NCBI GenBank assembly: GCA_963575745.1
Contig: CAUYUJ010000225.1
Coordinates: 744,001 to 808,000 of the forward strand
Direction: 5' to 3'
Source of the DNA: Prorocentrum cordatum
Taxonomy: Eukaryota
Length of the DNA: 64,000 nt
The number at the start of each line of letters is the position of its first letter. The stretch's first letter is position 1. Positions 49,756 to 63,780 of this stretch are shown here, piece by piece. Under the pieces are notes generated by a model. That model was not told the DNA's origin. It saw only the letters and a list, made by a program, of their open reading frames with translations, and searched no databases. Both the position numbers and the translations under genes were made by a program.

Positions 49756-50940
49756 CACTTTGCCCCTCCCCGACCTCGGGTGCCTCAGTGTGCTGAGCTG
49801 CGCCGGACGGGGGCGAGGGCGACTGCGGCGGCCCCCGGCCCAAGAGAGGGCTGCGCTCGACAGCCCACCGCACGCACGCGCACGCTCTCGTCCTCCGGAC
49901 GCTCTTCTCGATCCCATCCCGCCTACGTTGAAGGGGCCCCGGGACACACAAATAAACACACACAAATAACAGGATTCCCCACATTTCCCATATTTTCTGG
50001 GTTTCTGGCTTCCCCCCACTTCCCATATTTTGCCACATTTTCGTGGGAGTCGACGGTGACGTGTGTCTGTGTGTTTTTCCCCCTCCTGATACGTGCACTC
50101 CCACGGGAACGAAAAGGAGGAGGTGGGCGACTCCGCGCCTCCCCTCCGCGCCCACCTGGCGACACCCTGCAGACGGATCGGGCCGTGAGTCCGACAGACG
50201 CCCCCGAGAGCCGAAGTGGCGGAAACCTGATAGCCCTGACCTTGCCAGGACGCCGGCTGGGCAATACCAAAGGGAGGTCACGAAGAGGGGTGTCACCGCC
50301 TCTTCTCGAGAACAGACCCCTCAGGACTCCCAGAACACCCCAGAAACTCAAAGCACGAAGTCGTCGGGAAACCCCTTCCATCATCGAACTTCGACCCTCA
50401 GGAGGAGTTGGCGACACCCCCCTCCAGGGAGGAGCTGGCGACGCCCCACCACCCAAGAAGCTGGCAACGCGCACGGCTGGATTCGCAAGAGGATCGTCTG
50501 GGGGGCCCACCACCGGACACACACCTGGTGTCTGACCATAGGTGGGTGGCAAAGAATCCACCCTCAGAATAATCACCCCGACACGCGAAGCCACCCAGAG
50601 AAGGAATCTAACAGGGCGGGGCTGTTTAGTAAGTGCCCAGGGCCGTTGAGCAAACGCCAACTACCGGGTCTGGGTAAGGGCCGAGCGCTGGAGACGCATG
50701 CGGTCCAGCTCTTGGCCGGGCTGCCCACGCCATGTGTACCCAGCTTCCTGGTCGTGCCGACTCCCCATGGCCCTGCGGCGGCGGCGGCGACCCCATGGCA
50801 CCGCCTGCGTTGGAGGCACGGGCCATGTCGCCTAACCCCTTGCGCCGACTGGGGCCCAATCCCGCGACTGGCCCCTGCGACGAGAAGGCCCATCGGCCGC
50901 CGTTGCGCAGCCCCGACGACCAACGACGACGACGACTGAC

Positions 50941-51002
<62 letters not shown>

Positions 51003-51023
51003 ACCGACGACTCCGACGAAGAC

Positions 51024-51056
<33 letters not shown>

Positions 51057-51121
51057 TCCGACGACGACCCCGCGCCGGCCGCGCCGACCGAGCGGCTGAG
51101 CCGCGCGGCCCCCGGAAACGC

Positions 51122-51331
51122 TCTCGGCGGCGGCCCGCGTCCGGCCGCAGGCGACCCCGGCGCGGGGGCGGCCCGCGGCGGCGGCGCGAACGCCGCCACC
51201 GCGCCGGCCGCCGCGCCGGCGGCCGCGTGGGGCGCGGGCGCCGCCGCCGCGGCCGCCGCCGCCACCGCGCCAGCCGCCGCCGCGGCGGGCAGCGGCACCG
51301 CCCGGACGCGGCGGGCTTTCTGCGTCCGGGC
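51122..51331 (-). CDS. Tentative Ala/Pro-rich upstream exon
   Basis: ARTQKARRVRAVPLPAAAAAGAV...PPPR, an open GC island between GTC arrays. Boundaries are guessed. Confidence 0.25.
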
Positions 51332-51349
51332 CTCGGGCGGCCGCCGCCG

Positions 51350-52409
51350 CCACCACCGTCGTCCTCGTCGTCGTCGTGATCGTCGTCGTCGAGGTCGTCT
51401 TGGTCATGGTCGTCGTCGTCGTCGTCGTCGTCGACGTTGTGGTCGTCGTCGCCGCCGCAACCGCCACCGCCAGCGCCACCGGCGTCGTCGCCGCCGGAGC
51501 GGCCGGCGCCGCCGTCGTAGCCCACCGCCGCCGCCACCGCCGTCGTTCGTCGTCGTCGCCAGCGCCGCCACCTACGCGGCCGTCGTCGTCGTCGTCCTTG
51601 TTGTCGTGGTCGTCGTCGCCGTCTTCGTAGCCGTCGTGGTCGTCGTGGTCGTCGTGGTCGTCGTGGTCGTGGTCGACGTCGTGATTGTCGTCGTCGACGT
51701 CGTGGTCGTCGTCGTCGTCGTCGTCGTTGCCGTCGTCGTGGTCGTCGTCGTCGTCGTGGTCGTCGTGTTGTCGCCGTCGTCGTCGTGGTCGCCGTCGACG
51801 TCGTTGTCGCCGCCTCCACAGCCGACCGCCGTCATTCGTCGTCGTCGATATCGTCGTCGCAATCGTCCTCGCCGTCGTCATCGACGTCGTCGTCGTGGTC
51901 ATCGTCGTCGTCGTCGTTGTCGTAGCCGTCGTCATCGTCCTCGCCGTCCGCCACCATCACCCCACCATTCGTCGTCGTTGTCGCTGACGTCGTCGTCTCA
52001 AATGTATTCGTCGTCGTCGTCGTCGCTGTCGCCGCCGCCAACCGCCTCATCGCCGTGATCGTCGTCGTTGTCGACGCCGTCGCCGCAGCCGCCGCCATCG
52101 TCGTCGCCGTCGTCGTCGTGGTCGTCGTCGTCGTCGCCACCGTCGTCGTCGCCGCCGTCATCGTCGTCGTGGTCGTCGCCGCCGTCGCGGTCGTCGTCGT
52201 CGTCGCCACCGCCACCGCCGCTGTCGACCGTCGTTCGTCGTCATCATCGTCGTCGATGTCGTCGTCGCCGTCGTCGTCGTCGTCGTCAACGTCGTCGTCG
52301 TGGTCGTCGTCGTCGTCATCGTCCTCGTGGTCGTCGTCGTCGCCGTCCGCCGCCGACGCCATCGTTTGTTACGATCGTCGTCGTTGTCGTCGTCGAGGTC
52401 GCAGTCGTG

Positions 52410-52448
<39 letters not shown>

Positions 52449-54479
52449 ATCGCAGTCGTCGTCATAGTCGTCGTCTCGGGGTGGTCGTGGCCGTGATCGT
52501 CATCTTCATCTTCATCGTCGTCGTCGAGATCGTCGACCACCGCCCTCGTCGTCGTGGTCGTGGTCGTGGTCGTCTTCGTCGTCGCCGCAGCCGACGTTCG
52601 TCGTGGTCGCCGTTGTCGTTGTTGTCGTTGTTGCCGTCGCCACCACCACCGTCGTCATCGCTGTCGTCGTCGTCGCCGTCGTCGTCGTTGTCGCCGTCGT
52701 CGTCGCAGCCACCGCCGTCGCCATCGCCTTCGTCGTCGTGGTCGTGGTCGTCGTCTTCGTCGCCGCCGCCACCAACGTCATCATCGTCGTCGTCGTCACA
52801 GCCGTCGCCCTCGTCGTCGTCGTCGCAGCCGCCACCGCCATCGTTTTTCGTCGTCATCGTCGTCGGCGTCATCGTGGCCGTCCTCGTCGTCGTCGTCGTC
52901 GTGGTGGTCGTCGTCCTCGTGACCGACGTCGTCGTTGCCGTCGCAGTCGTCGTCGCCGCCGGCGCCATCGTTCGTCGTCGTCGGCGTTCGTCGCCGTCGT
53001 CGTCGTCACCGTCGTCGTCATCGCCGCCGGCTTCGTTCGTCTTGGCCGTTCGTCGTCGCCGAGGTTGTGGTCGTCATCGTCGTGGCCGTGGTCGTGGTCG
53101 AGGCCGTGGTCGTGGTCGTGGTCGACGTCGTGGTCTTGGTCGTCGTCGTCGGCGTCGTCGTTGTCGTGTCCGTCTTCGTCGACGTCGCCGCCGCCACCGC
53201 CGTCGTCGTCGTCGCCATGGTCGTCGTGATGGTCGTCGACGTCGTGGTCGTCGCCGTCGCCGCCGGCGCCGTCATCGTCACAACCGACACCACCACCGCT
53301 GCCGTCGTCGTCGTCGTGGTCGTCGTCGTCGTCAGCATCGCCGTCGTGATCGTTGTGGTCGTCGTGGTCGTCGTCGTTCTCATCGTCGTGGTCGTCGTCG
53401 TCGTCGCAACCGCCACCGTCGCACGCCGCCGCCACCACCGCCGTCGTCGTCGTCGTCGTCGTCGTCGTGGTCGTCGCCGTCGTCGTCGTCGTGATCGTCG
53501 TCGTGGTCGTTCTCGTCGTTGCCGTCGCCCGCCACCGATGCCATCGCCGTCGTCGTCATCGTCGCCGTCGTGATCGTCGTCGTCGTTGTCGTCGAGTTCA
53601 TCGCCGCCGCCGTCGTGGTCGTCGTCGTCGTATTCGCCGCTCGCTCGCCCGCTCGCTCACTCGCTCGCGCGCTCGTGTGTTCGTCGTAATCACCGTCGAC
53701 GTCGTCGTCGTGGCCGTCGCCGTCGTGGTCGTCGCCATCATCGTCATAGCCGTCGTAGTCGTCGTGGTCGTACTGGTCGTCGTCATTGTCGTCGTCGTCG
53801 TCGCAACCAGAGTCCGTTCGTCGTCGTCGTCGGAATCGTCGTCGTCGTAGTCGTAATCGTCGTCGTCGTCATCGTCGCCGTAGTCGTCGTCGTGGTCGCC
53901 GCCGTCCACCACCGTCGCCGTCGTTCTTCGTCGTCGCCGCCGTCGCCGTCGGAATCGTCGACGTCGTGGTCGTCGTCGTCATCGTCGTCGTCTTGATCGT
54001 CGTCGTTGTCGTCGCCGTCATCGTCGTCGCCGTCCGCCGCCGCCGTCGTTCACCGTGGTCGTCGTCGACGTCGTCGTCGTCGACGTCGTCGCGGTCGTCG
54101 CCACAGCCACCACCGCCGCCAAGGCCTTTGTCGTCGTGGTCGTCGTCGTGGTGGTCGTCGTCGTCACCGCGGCCGCCGACGTTCGTCGACACTCCTTTCG
54201 TCGCCGCGGCCGCGGTCGTCGGCCACGTCGTCGTCGCCGTCGTCGTCTTCGTCATCGTCGTGGTCGTCGTCGTCGTGGCCATCGTCGTCCTCGCAGCCGC
54301 GGCCGCCGCGCGTCGCCGTCGCCGTCGTGGTCGTCATCATCGTGGTCGTCGTCGTCGTTGCCGTCGTCATCGTCGACGTTGTCGTTCGTCGTGGTCGTGA
54401 TCATGGTCGTCGTCTGCTTCATCGGTGTCGTCGTCGTTGTGGTCGTGGTCGCCGGCCGCCGTCGTCGTCGCCGCCGGCG

Positions 54480-54519
<40 letters not shown>

Positions 54520-55191
54520 GGTCGTGGTCGTCGCCGCCGTCGTCGTCGTCGACGTCGTTGTTGCCGTCGTTGTCGTCGTCACCGCCGCCGTCGTTCGTCG
54601 TCACCATCGCCGCCGTCGTTCAGTCGTGGTCGCGGTCGTTGTCGAGTCGCGATCGTGGTCGAGGTCGTGCTCGTGGTCGTGCATCGTCGTCGTCGAAGTC
54701 CATGTCGACGTTTCGCCGCATTGCGCGGTCGGCATCGTCGTCGTCGTCCCTGTCGCGGTCGTGGTCGAGGTCGTGCTCGCGGTCGACGCCGTCGTCGTGA
54801 CAGTCGTGGTGGTGATCGTCGTCGCCGCCGTCGCCGTCGTCGTCGACGTTGCCGTCGTCTTCGCAACTGCCGCCGTCGCTCGTCGTCGTCGTCGTCCTCG
54901 CCGTCGTGGTCGTCGTCGTCGTCGTCGTGGTCGTGGTCGTCGTCGTGGTCGTCGTCGTCGCTTTTCCGTTACCGTCGCCGCCGTTGTTCGTCGTGGTCGT
55001 TCGTCCTGGTCGTAGTCATGGTCGTTCGTCCTGGTCGTCGTTACTGACGTTGTCGTCGTAATCGCCGTCGTCGTCGTCGCCGACGTCGTCGCAGCCGCCG
55101 CCGTCGCCGCCGCGGTCGTCGTCGCCACCGCCGCCGCCGTTCGTTGTGATCGTTCGTCCTGGTCGTGGCCATGGTCGTGGTCGTGGTCGGA

Positions 55192-55223
<32 letters not shown>

Positions 55224-55301
55224 GGTCGTCGCCGCCGCCGTCGCCGTCGCCGTCGTCGTTGCTGCCTCCGCCGCCGCCGCCGCCACAGCCGTCGCTCGTC
55301 C

Positions 55302-55345
<44 letters not shown>

Positions 55346-55665
55346 ACGGTCACGGTCGTGGTCGTCGTCGTCCTCGTCGCCGTCGTCGTTGTGGTCGTCG
55401 TTGCCGTGATCGTCGTCGTTGTCGTCGTTGTGGTCGTCGCCGCCGTCGCCGTCGTCGTCGTCGCCGACTTCGTTCGTCGTGGTCATTCGTCGTCATCGTG
55501 GTTGTGGTCGTCGTCGTCGTCGCCGCCCGCCGTCGTCGTTGTGGTCGTTGTCGCCGCCGCCGCCGCCGTCGTCCTCGTCCTCGTCGTCGTCGTCGTCGTC
55601 GTGGTCGTCATCGTTGTCGTCGTCGTGGCCGTCGTCGTCGTCGACGACGTCGACGTCGTCGTCCG
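51350..55665. repeat. About 4.3-kb degenerate (GTC)n array with GTG/GCC variants
   Basis: Directly visible. Confidence 0.95.
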
Positions 55666-56030
55666 TCGAGGCGTGAGGGCCTGGCGGTGTGGTGGGGGCT
55701 GCAGGCTCCTCCGGCGTTTCTCTCGGGCCACCCACGGAAGGCGAGGACTTGGAGCTCCTCCTCCTCCTTTTCCTCCCCTTCCTCCGTCTCCTCCTCCTCC
55801 TCCTCCTCGTCCTCCTCCTCCCTCCTCGAGGCGCGAGCCGCAGCCGCAGCCGCAGCCGTGTCGCCCTTCCGAGCACGAGCTGTCCTTTCCAGCATCGGCC
55901 CAGCGCGCCGCTCGCCGCAGAGCGACCGCGCCGTGCAGGCGTTGGGAGGCTGTTGTCTGCCTCCGCCTCCGCCGCTGTCGCAAACCACGGCGCCGCCGCC
56001 TCCCCCGGCTCTTCTCGGCTACACGCGAGA

Positions 56031-56152
56031 AGTGACCTTTGGTGCGCGGCTTTCTGGGGGCCAAGGGGGGGCCAAACCTAGGCGCGCAAGCCGCTGCTCC
56101 TGCCTCGTTTTCAGCGATCTGGGGGCCCATCTGTGCCCGCACCAAAGGTCAC
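56031..56152. mobile_element. MITE-like family E, TIR AGTGACCTTTGGTGCG
   Basis: Inverted ends; related copies at about 25580-25703, 37635-37727 and 37800-37921. Confidence 0.7.
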
Positions 56153-59128
56153 TCCAGCGAAAGGTTACTCTTACGTCTAGTCGATCTTCCTCCAGATCCT
56201 CCGCGCTGTCCGCCGCCGCCTTCCCCGCCCAGACGTCACGCCGTGGCTGTTCGTGCGCCGCTCGAAGAGGGTGCTCACTGTCCTGGCATCCTCGTGCCTC
56301 CCCCGCTTTCGCTCGAGCAAGTACGGGTGATTACCGGTCTCTCCTTCGGTGAGGACCAGTGGAGCAGTGGAGGTTCTGGGAGCAGGTCCAGCAACTGCGC
56401 AGCACTCGTCTCGACCAGTGCCGCCTCCGCCTGGGGACTTTTGGTTTGGTCAACGCTGTGGGATGCACTGTCAAGGCCATCAGTGCTCCGTCTCCAAGTG
56501 TTGCGGACGTCCATGTCGCGCATCGCCGTCTCGACAGGTGGCAGCGCCTGTCCTCCTCTCGGACCGCCAGTGATGCACTCGAAAGCCAAAGTGCTGCGAA
56601 AGGAACTGGTCCCTCGCCTGTCCACGTGAGTCGGCCCCCAGTCGCCTCCACCGATGCACCATCGCCCTCCCAATGAGAGTGATGCCAGGCGCCATGCTCT
56701 CGTAGCTTATGCTGACAGTTTTGTCGTCATGCAAGCTGGCGCTTCCTCTCCGCAGGCTAGTCGCACCGCTGACACACGGCTTCGTCGGTTCATTCGGCCC
56801 CAACCCTCCCCTGTACCTGCTATTGTCGGTCGCCCCCGGTCGCGCTCCAGATCCACAAGTTTGCAGAGCGAGGCCGACAAGGACCACCGCTCCAAAGCAA
56901 CATATCAGGAGTTGCCTCCTCCTCCTCGCGAGCACTGGTTGCTGGAGAGCCATTGCGCCAATGCTAGGGCGCATCGGAAGTTCACAGAAGGCGGCATGAA
57001 CGCCTACCTTCGGGCAAGGAGGGCGGGCCTCACTTACGAAATCGCCGTTCACTACGGCGCTCTGCCAGAGCAAGAGCGTCCCCCCCTTCCCTCTCGGGAG
57101 GCTCTTGACGCGTCTAGGGACGACCAGCCGCCCCAACGGGATGCGGGAACGCCAGGCGAGCGTGCCTCAGACCCAGTTCAGCCTACCAGCTGCCAGTCGT
57201 GTGCTGGTAGGTCTTGGCCTGTTTCGCGAGCTAACACTGGCTGGTTCCATTGACTCAGGTGCATTCCCAACCAGCCTCCTGCGTGCCACCACAGTGGGCA
57301 TATCTCGTACGATGGCCGCTGGCGCAGTGCCGAGATGTGGAAAGCAGGCAAGTGGTTTCAGCGCCAGCCTTGCTGTATCGAATTCGCTCTCCTGCACGAG
57401 AAGGATGCTCATGTTGCTTGGTTCGATCGCAGATCTCCAGCGTATCCTGGCGTTTTTCTGATGCCAGACAGCAAGGCCAGCTAACTATTGTCCTGCACTA
57501 CTCAGTGCCTGTTCATTCGTTTCAGGCCTCTTCTTCAGCTGCGTTTTATGTGTTGCCTGTTGGGCCCGGCTTGCTGTAGGTCTGCCAAGGTTCTCTGCTT
57601 GTGGGTCGCCCCTGTGGCTTGCGCCTTCTGCGTTGCACAGTTATCCTCGGTCTGTGCTGACAGGGCCTTGCTTTCCATCAGGCAGTGCGTATTCGAGCTT
57701 GTCTGTCATTGCATTGGTCTCTATGTTGCTTCAAGCTTCTGTTGCTCGATTCCGCATATGATGAATGTGCCGCCGCAGCATGCCCAAACCTGCCTTCCAG
57801 TCAGGGGCTTTCGGTCTGCCCGCTCTCCCGTCTGGGTCTCCCCCTTTGCCCCTCGGTGCTTCTGATCTCGTGTCGCTCAGGCTCGCTGCTTTGTTGGACA
57901 TTACATGATCGAGGCCTTTTCTTTGCTTCGGCGTTGCCCCGCTCAGGTGCACGTTTCCACTTTGTGTGACTTAGAGTCGGATGTTCATCTCTGCATTGCA
58001 GGATGTGTTGCTGTACTGCCGCCCATGCATTGGCAGCATTCGAGCTGGCCGCCTGCTACTTCTTGATTGGTCTATGGCCTCTTCGCCAAGTTGCAATTGC
58101 AGTGCTTGTCTATGTTCCCTTCCTTTTCCCCTCCCCTCCAGGCTGGATTGGCGCACGCCCTCTCGGGCCTTCGAGCCTCCCACGCCTCCTCGCCATGGCT
58201 GCCTGGTTCTGTCCTTTCTGTGCTGAAGCGTGCAGCTTTTCTTCGCGGCAGTGGCCGTCCGCCTGTCCCAGGTGCGATGTCTCACCTTTCTGCTTCTCAC
58301 CTGCCTGGGTCAGGGTCGCTCGCCCGCAGGTTTTTTGATAATCGAGCACGCTGACCTCAACCACACCTCCGGTCGATCGATCGAACCTCCCTCCCCCCTC
58401 CGTCCTCCCTCCTCCACCTCCCTCTTACTCAGGGGGGCTGGCGAGGGAGAGGGGGGGGGACCAGGGATCTGTCGCGGGAGGAGGGCGGGAGAGGGGGCAG
58501 GAGGGGTGAGGAGGAGGGGGGAAGGGAGAGGAGAGGAGGAGGGGAAGAGAGAGATGGAGAGACAGAAGAGGAGGAGGAGGAGGAGGAGGAGGAGGAGGAG
58601 GCGAAGGAGGCGGAGGAGGAGGAGGAGGAGGATCTGTTGGATCTGTCGGACCACCGTCCGAACAAAGAAAAACAACTATCTGGCGGGGCGCCCATCAAGC
58701 CCTCGCTTTGCACACGGTCGGGGCGGCGATGTCCCTGCCCGCAGCCCGCGGCGGGGCGCCCCACCGGCGCTGCTGACGATGCCGCCGCCGCCGCCGGCAT
58801 GTCTGGAGGCGGCGCCAGGGCGGCGGGACCATGCGAGCTGGAGGAGGAGGAGGAGGAGGAGGAGGAGGAGGAGGAGGAGGAGGAGGAGGAGGAGGAGGAG
58901 GAGGAGGGAGGAGGGAAGGAGGAGGAGGAGGAGGGAGGAGGAGGATGAGGAGGAGGAGGGAGGAGGAGGAGGAGAGGAGGAGGAGGAGGAGGAGGAGGAG
59001 GAGGAGGAGGAGGAGGAGGAGGAGGAGGAGGAAGGAGGAGGAGGAGGAGGAGGAGAGGAGGAGGAGGAGGAGGAGGAGGAGGAGGAGGAGGCGGAGGAGG
59101 AGGAGGAGGAGGAGGCTGCTGCCAGCTC

Positions 59129-59173
59129 CTGCTCGCAGAGGCGGCCCGCTCGGTCGCCGAAGCGCGCAGAGGC
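59129..59173 (-). CDS. Tentative upstream exon
   Basis: ASARFGDRAGRLCEQ between CAG and GA, phase 0/0. Confidence 0.25.
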
Positions 59174-59301
59174 CTGCACGGGCGGGCCTCGAGGGCCCGC
59201 AACGGCGAGACGGGCGGAGGGGTCCTCGGCGGGAGCCTCGAGAGACTGTCCGAGCCTTGCGGCGGCGGCTCTCTCGGGCATTCCATCGGCCAGCTTGAGA
59301 T

Positions 59302-59493
59302 GAACAAAAAGTGACATAAACATAAAAACTCGGAGGTCCGCGCGGATTTCTCCGATCGGCGCTGGGGCCCCCCGGCGGCGCCTCCGGCGCCGCCCCTGGC
59401 GCGCTCCGCGCGCCAGGGAGGGGGGTCCAGCGCCGATTCGAGAAATCCGCGCGGACCTCCGAGTTTTCATGTTTATGTCATTGTTCGTTTCCC
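59302..59493. mobile_element. MITE-like element A, second copy in opposite orientation
   Basis: Same TIRs with inverted core relative to 16026-16218. Confidence 0.85.
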
Positions 59494-60179
59494 AACGTAT
59501 AGCCACAATGGGACGCACGGAGGCATGGGCGGACGTGCAGTGCGACCGCTGGTGATCCACTGGGCACGTCGCTGGAAGACAGGGGCGACTCTCCTGAGAG
59601 ACCTCTGGCAAGGTCGAGCGGCTCGCAAGAGCGGGGCCGCCGCCTCCGGCACGGAAGCACGGTCAAACAACTGGTTACTACTCGAGAGTATCCATTTATC
59701 CGCGCACACGTCGTTCATTTCTAATCGCGCTCGTTTCTTATTGTGCTCGTTTCTAATTGTTCCTGGCCCCCTAGTGGCCGGGAAGAGTCCCAGGACAGAA
59801 CAATTAGAAATGACAGGATCTTTGGCCCCCCCAATGTTCAAAGAACTTCTGAAGAATAAGCGATGAACAGTGTGCACCTCTGGAGCCCGTGTTGGAGCTG
59901 CGGGATGGCCCGGTGGAGCCTCGAGGAAGGAGGCGGGGGAGGACAGGACAGTTGAGGCCAGACACCCCGAGGCTCGGAAGCAGGGCCGGTGGCCTTGAGA
60001 GTCGCCCTGTCCCTCTGTTGGGCGAGAGCGGCCGTGGCGTCGCAGACGTCAGTGGCTGGGATAGGCTGGGCTGTACGGCGCGTTGGAAGGCACGGTCCGC
60101 ATCGGTCCGCCGCGGACTTAGCCCAGGCGTCTGCGATCGCCTGTGGCCAGGAAAATATCACGACCGCGGTCCTCCTCCT

Positions 60180-60215
<36 letters not shown>

Positions 60216-61559
60216 CCTCCTCCTCCTCCTCCTCCTCGTCACCCTGGGGGGAGGGCACCCATGTGACCGTCAAGGTGCCTGAGCCCCTGCTCCGACACGC
60301 ATGGCGCGCGCGCGCGAAGCCAGAAATCCTCACTGCGGTTCTTGCCCTTCCTTGCTGGCCCGCCGCTCCCACCAGCGTAAGATGGCTTTGTGGCGCACGT
60401 GGACGCTTGGAGTGCGAGGCGAACAACGAGAAGCTCACCTCTAGGAACTATCGCGGAAGCCTCCGTGGTGCGTCCACCAGGCGAGTGTCAGATAGAACAC
60501 GATCGAAGCGACGGAGAGTAAGAGGGGGAGGACACGAGGACGAGGCAGAAAAGGATATATGGGACGAGGATGAGGATAGAGCAGGAGGAGGAAGAGGAGG
60601 AAGAGGAGGACCAGTGTAAACACAAGACGCATCAACGATGTTGCAATAAACCTGTTTGGTTACCTCCGCATAGGTCCCTACAAAATTGCGCTCATTGCGG
60701 GAAGACCGTCTGAAAATCTTGAACGGTGCCCAAACATCATTCCTGCACGCCGTGAATCAACGTTACTGTTGCGTCCTGGCAACCCTAAATCGTGCCAGAA
60801 CACCATTGCTGGGATTTCAACACCGCGAATCAACGTGACTGCTGCGTCCTGACAATCAAAAAATCGTGCTAGGACACTGTTCATGGGACTTCAGCCATGC
60901 AGCCCCTTGAAACTGGTGCAAACTTTCAAAATGAATGTGCGCGGCGCTACAGCGAGAACCACATGTTCAAGAACATGCTTGAAACATGTTCAACTGTTAA
61001 GACGTGCACGGTGCTGAAGCGAGAGCCGCATTTGTAAAGCGCCCCGCCCTCGATCCTTGATTCTGCTGCACGGTTGTAAGACCGATGCGCGCGGCGGCTG
61101 AAGCGAAAACGACATGTTCAAAACGGCCCGCCCTCTATCCGTGAAATGGTTGCATGCATTTAAGACGGATGCGCGCGGCGGCTGAAGCGAGAACCACATT
61201 TTGTAAACGACCCGCCCTCCAGCCGTGAATCTGCTGCAAATTCAAGTCTCAAGATCATACATGGTGGAGAAGTCTACAGCGAAACGCCTGGCCTGCCCTA
61301 CCGACACGTCTGGTTGGCGCGACAGTGAGGAATCATTTGTAAGGAAAACGGGTGGAAGGGAAAGAGAAACAGGAAGAGGAACTTAAAGAAAAGGATATGG
61401 AGAAGTAGGAAGAGGACGACGACGCGAGGGCGGGGGGGAAGGCTACGGGCAACGACGAAAGGAATCCTTGGTGAAAGGGAAGCTGGGCTGGAATAGGATG
61501 AGGAAGAGGAAGAGGATGGGCAGGAGGAGGCCGCCCCTTCTCCTCCTCCTTCTCCTCCC

Positions 61560-61598
61560 CATCATCCTGCTCATCACCATCGTGATCATCATGGTCAT

Positions 61599-61636
<38 letters not shown>

Positions 61637-61637
61637 G

Positions 61638-61672
<35 letters not shown>

Positions 61673-61674
61673 AC

Positions 61675-61706
<32 letters not shown>

Positions 61707-61742
61707 CATCATCACCACCATCATCATCATCATCACCACCAC

Positions 61743-61789
<47 letters not shown>

Positions 61790-62104
61790 ATATCAGCATC
61801 ATCACCATCGCCGTTCGCATCATCACATCAGTGTCCTCGTCCTGCCCAGTGCCATCATCGGTGTCACCAGCATCATCATCATCATCATCATCATCACCAT
61901 CATCATCGTCGTCATCATCCTCATCATCATCGTCATCATCATCATCATCAGTCGTATCATCATCATCGCCGTCGCCATCGTCATCGTCAACATCATCATC
62001 ACCATCAACGTCAGCATCATCATTATGATCACCATTATTACCATCATCACCATCATCATAATCATCATCAGCATCATCATTATCACCATCGTCATCACCA
62101 TCAC

Positions 62105-62141
<37 letters not shown>

Positions 62142-62390
62142 GCCATCATCCTTATCCTCACCATCATAAGTATCACCATCATCATCATCATCACCATCAC
62201 CATCACCATCATCATCACCACCACCATCAGCATCATCGGCATCATCGCCATCAACAACATCATCATCATCAGCAGCATCAGCATTAGCATCATAATTATA
62301 ACTACCACCATCATCAGCATCACAAATATCCACATCTTCTCCTCGCCTTGCTACTCCCCCCTATCCTGGTCACCACCGCCACCACCATAA
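61560..62390. repeat. (CAT)n degenerate microsatellite
   Basis: Directly visible. Confidence 0.9.
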
Positions 62391-63452
62391 ATCACCGCTA
62401 CCGCCGACATCACCGGCATCCCCATCCATTCTCCCTTCCCAGAACTCTGAAGTCGTGATTTTTGCACAGCGTGGGCCCCCAGGGGTCTGGAACCCTCCCC
62501 CGGGGACCCGCTGTTCGTCCTGCAGCCCTCGACAAAAGTAACATCAAAAGTGGTTGACGCGCCACTTCAATGTCAACCCCTTTCGCCCCTTCAGTGTCGC
62601 CCCCTTCAATGTCGAAGCAGTTCGGAACGTGGCCTGGGCGGGCGCGATTCGGGAGTTTCACGATGACCGACATTGGAGATGGATGCGCCAACAAGCGTAC
62701 CTTGTGCGCAATGTCGCCCAAGCCCGCGACATCACATCGACGAGGAAACTGCGTGACACATTTTTGATAGTAATCCTGTCGAGGGTAGTAGGTTGTTTTT
62801 GACGGCCCCAGAGCCAGGCAAGAGCCCCCAAAAGCAGAAAACTGTCAAAAACCTCCTTTCGTGATTTTTTCGCGACGAGAGGAGTTGGGGTCCATCCCTC
62901 CCTCCCTCCCTCCTACCTGCCACACCACGCCAACCCAACCCGAAGTCCCAAACCTCGGGTTGTGGGGCGTACGGGCTACACCTGTATCTTTCAATGTTCT
63001 GGGATGTCCCATCCCCAGCGGGAATGGAGGTCGAGTTGGGGCCTTCGCGTTGGGTTGGGGTGATTTGGTGGGTCGCTACGGGGCAACGATAAAGGGGGGA
63101 ATGGCTCAGAGGGGAACGTCGACCCAGAATCGGCGATACTCCGCCGATAGGTCGGCGATAAGCCCTCGGTTGCACATCCGCACGTCCCTGGGCGGGATGG
63201 GACTGTCAGGCCCCTACCGGCGATCAGTGGGCGATTGGGGGTTGATGCATCATCCCCCCCCCCTGAGCCCAATACTTCCCTGAGTCTGCCCCTGGGTAGC
63301 ATTAGGTCGGGCATGTCCTCCTACAGGCGGATTTTGGACGAATCATGACAAAGAGCCAAACAGTATGCAACCACATGCAAAAATTGAAGGGGAATCGTTC
63401 CCGACTGTTTTTTGACTATTTCTGGATACTCCTCCTGTAGAGCTCGAGGGGT

Positions 63453-63643
63453 CTTAGCTGCCCCGATACGCAACACGCAACTATTGATACGGATCTCAAC
63501 ACGTAGACTGAACACGTAGGTCTGAAGCGGTACGTTCGCCAAAACGTGGGCCAATACGTGAAGCCAACACGCAACGTATTGACAAGGACGTTTTGAACAC
63601 GGCACGTGTTGCGTATCAAGACGGGCGCATCGAGGCAGCTAAG
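63453..63643. mobile_element. MITE-like element B, TIR CTTAGCTGCCYCGAT
   Basis: 14/15 TIR match. Homologous copies at 39332-39511 and 49553-49755. Confidence 0.8.
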
Positions 63644-63744
63644 CGAGGGCTATGCCCGACTCGAGGGTAGCAATGTCCTGCTCCCCGAGCGCGGGCCGGC
63701 CGGGGCACTCTTCCGGGGCGCGAGGCCGAGGCCCCCGCGTTGAC

Positions 63745-63780
63745 CTGCTGCGCGCTGGGGCTGGCGCTGAGCAGGCTGTC
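63745..63780 (-). CDS. Tentative upstream exon
   Basis: DSLLSASPSAQQ between CAG and GT, high GC3. Confidence 0.25.

Noticed and set aside
61443..62390. Poly-Asp, poly-Met and poly-Ile ORFs (also 14299-15034 and 48288-48999)
   Set aside because: Translations of (CAT)n microsatellites.
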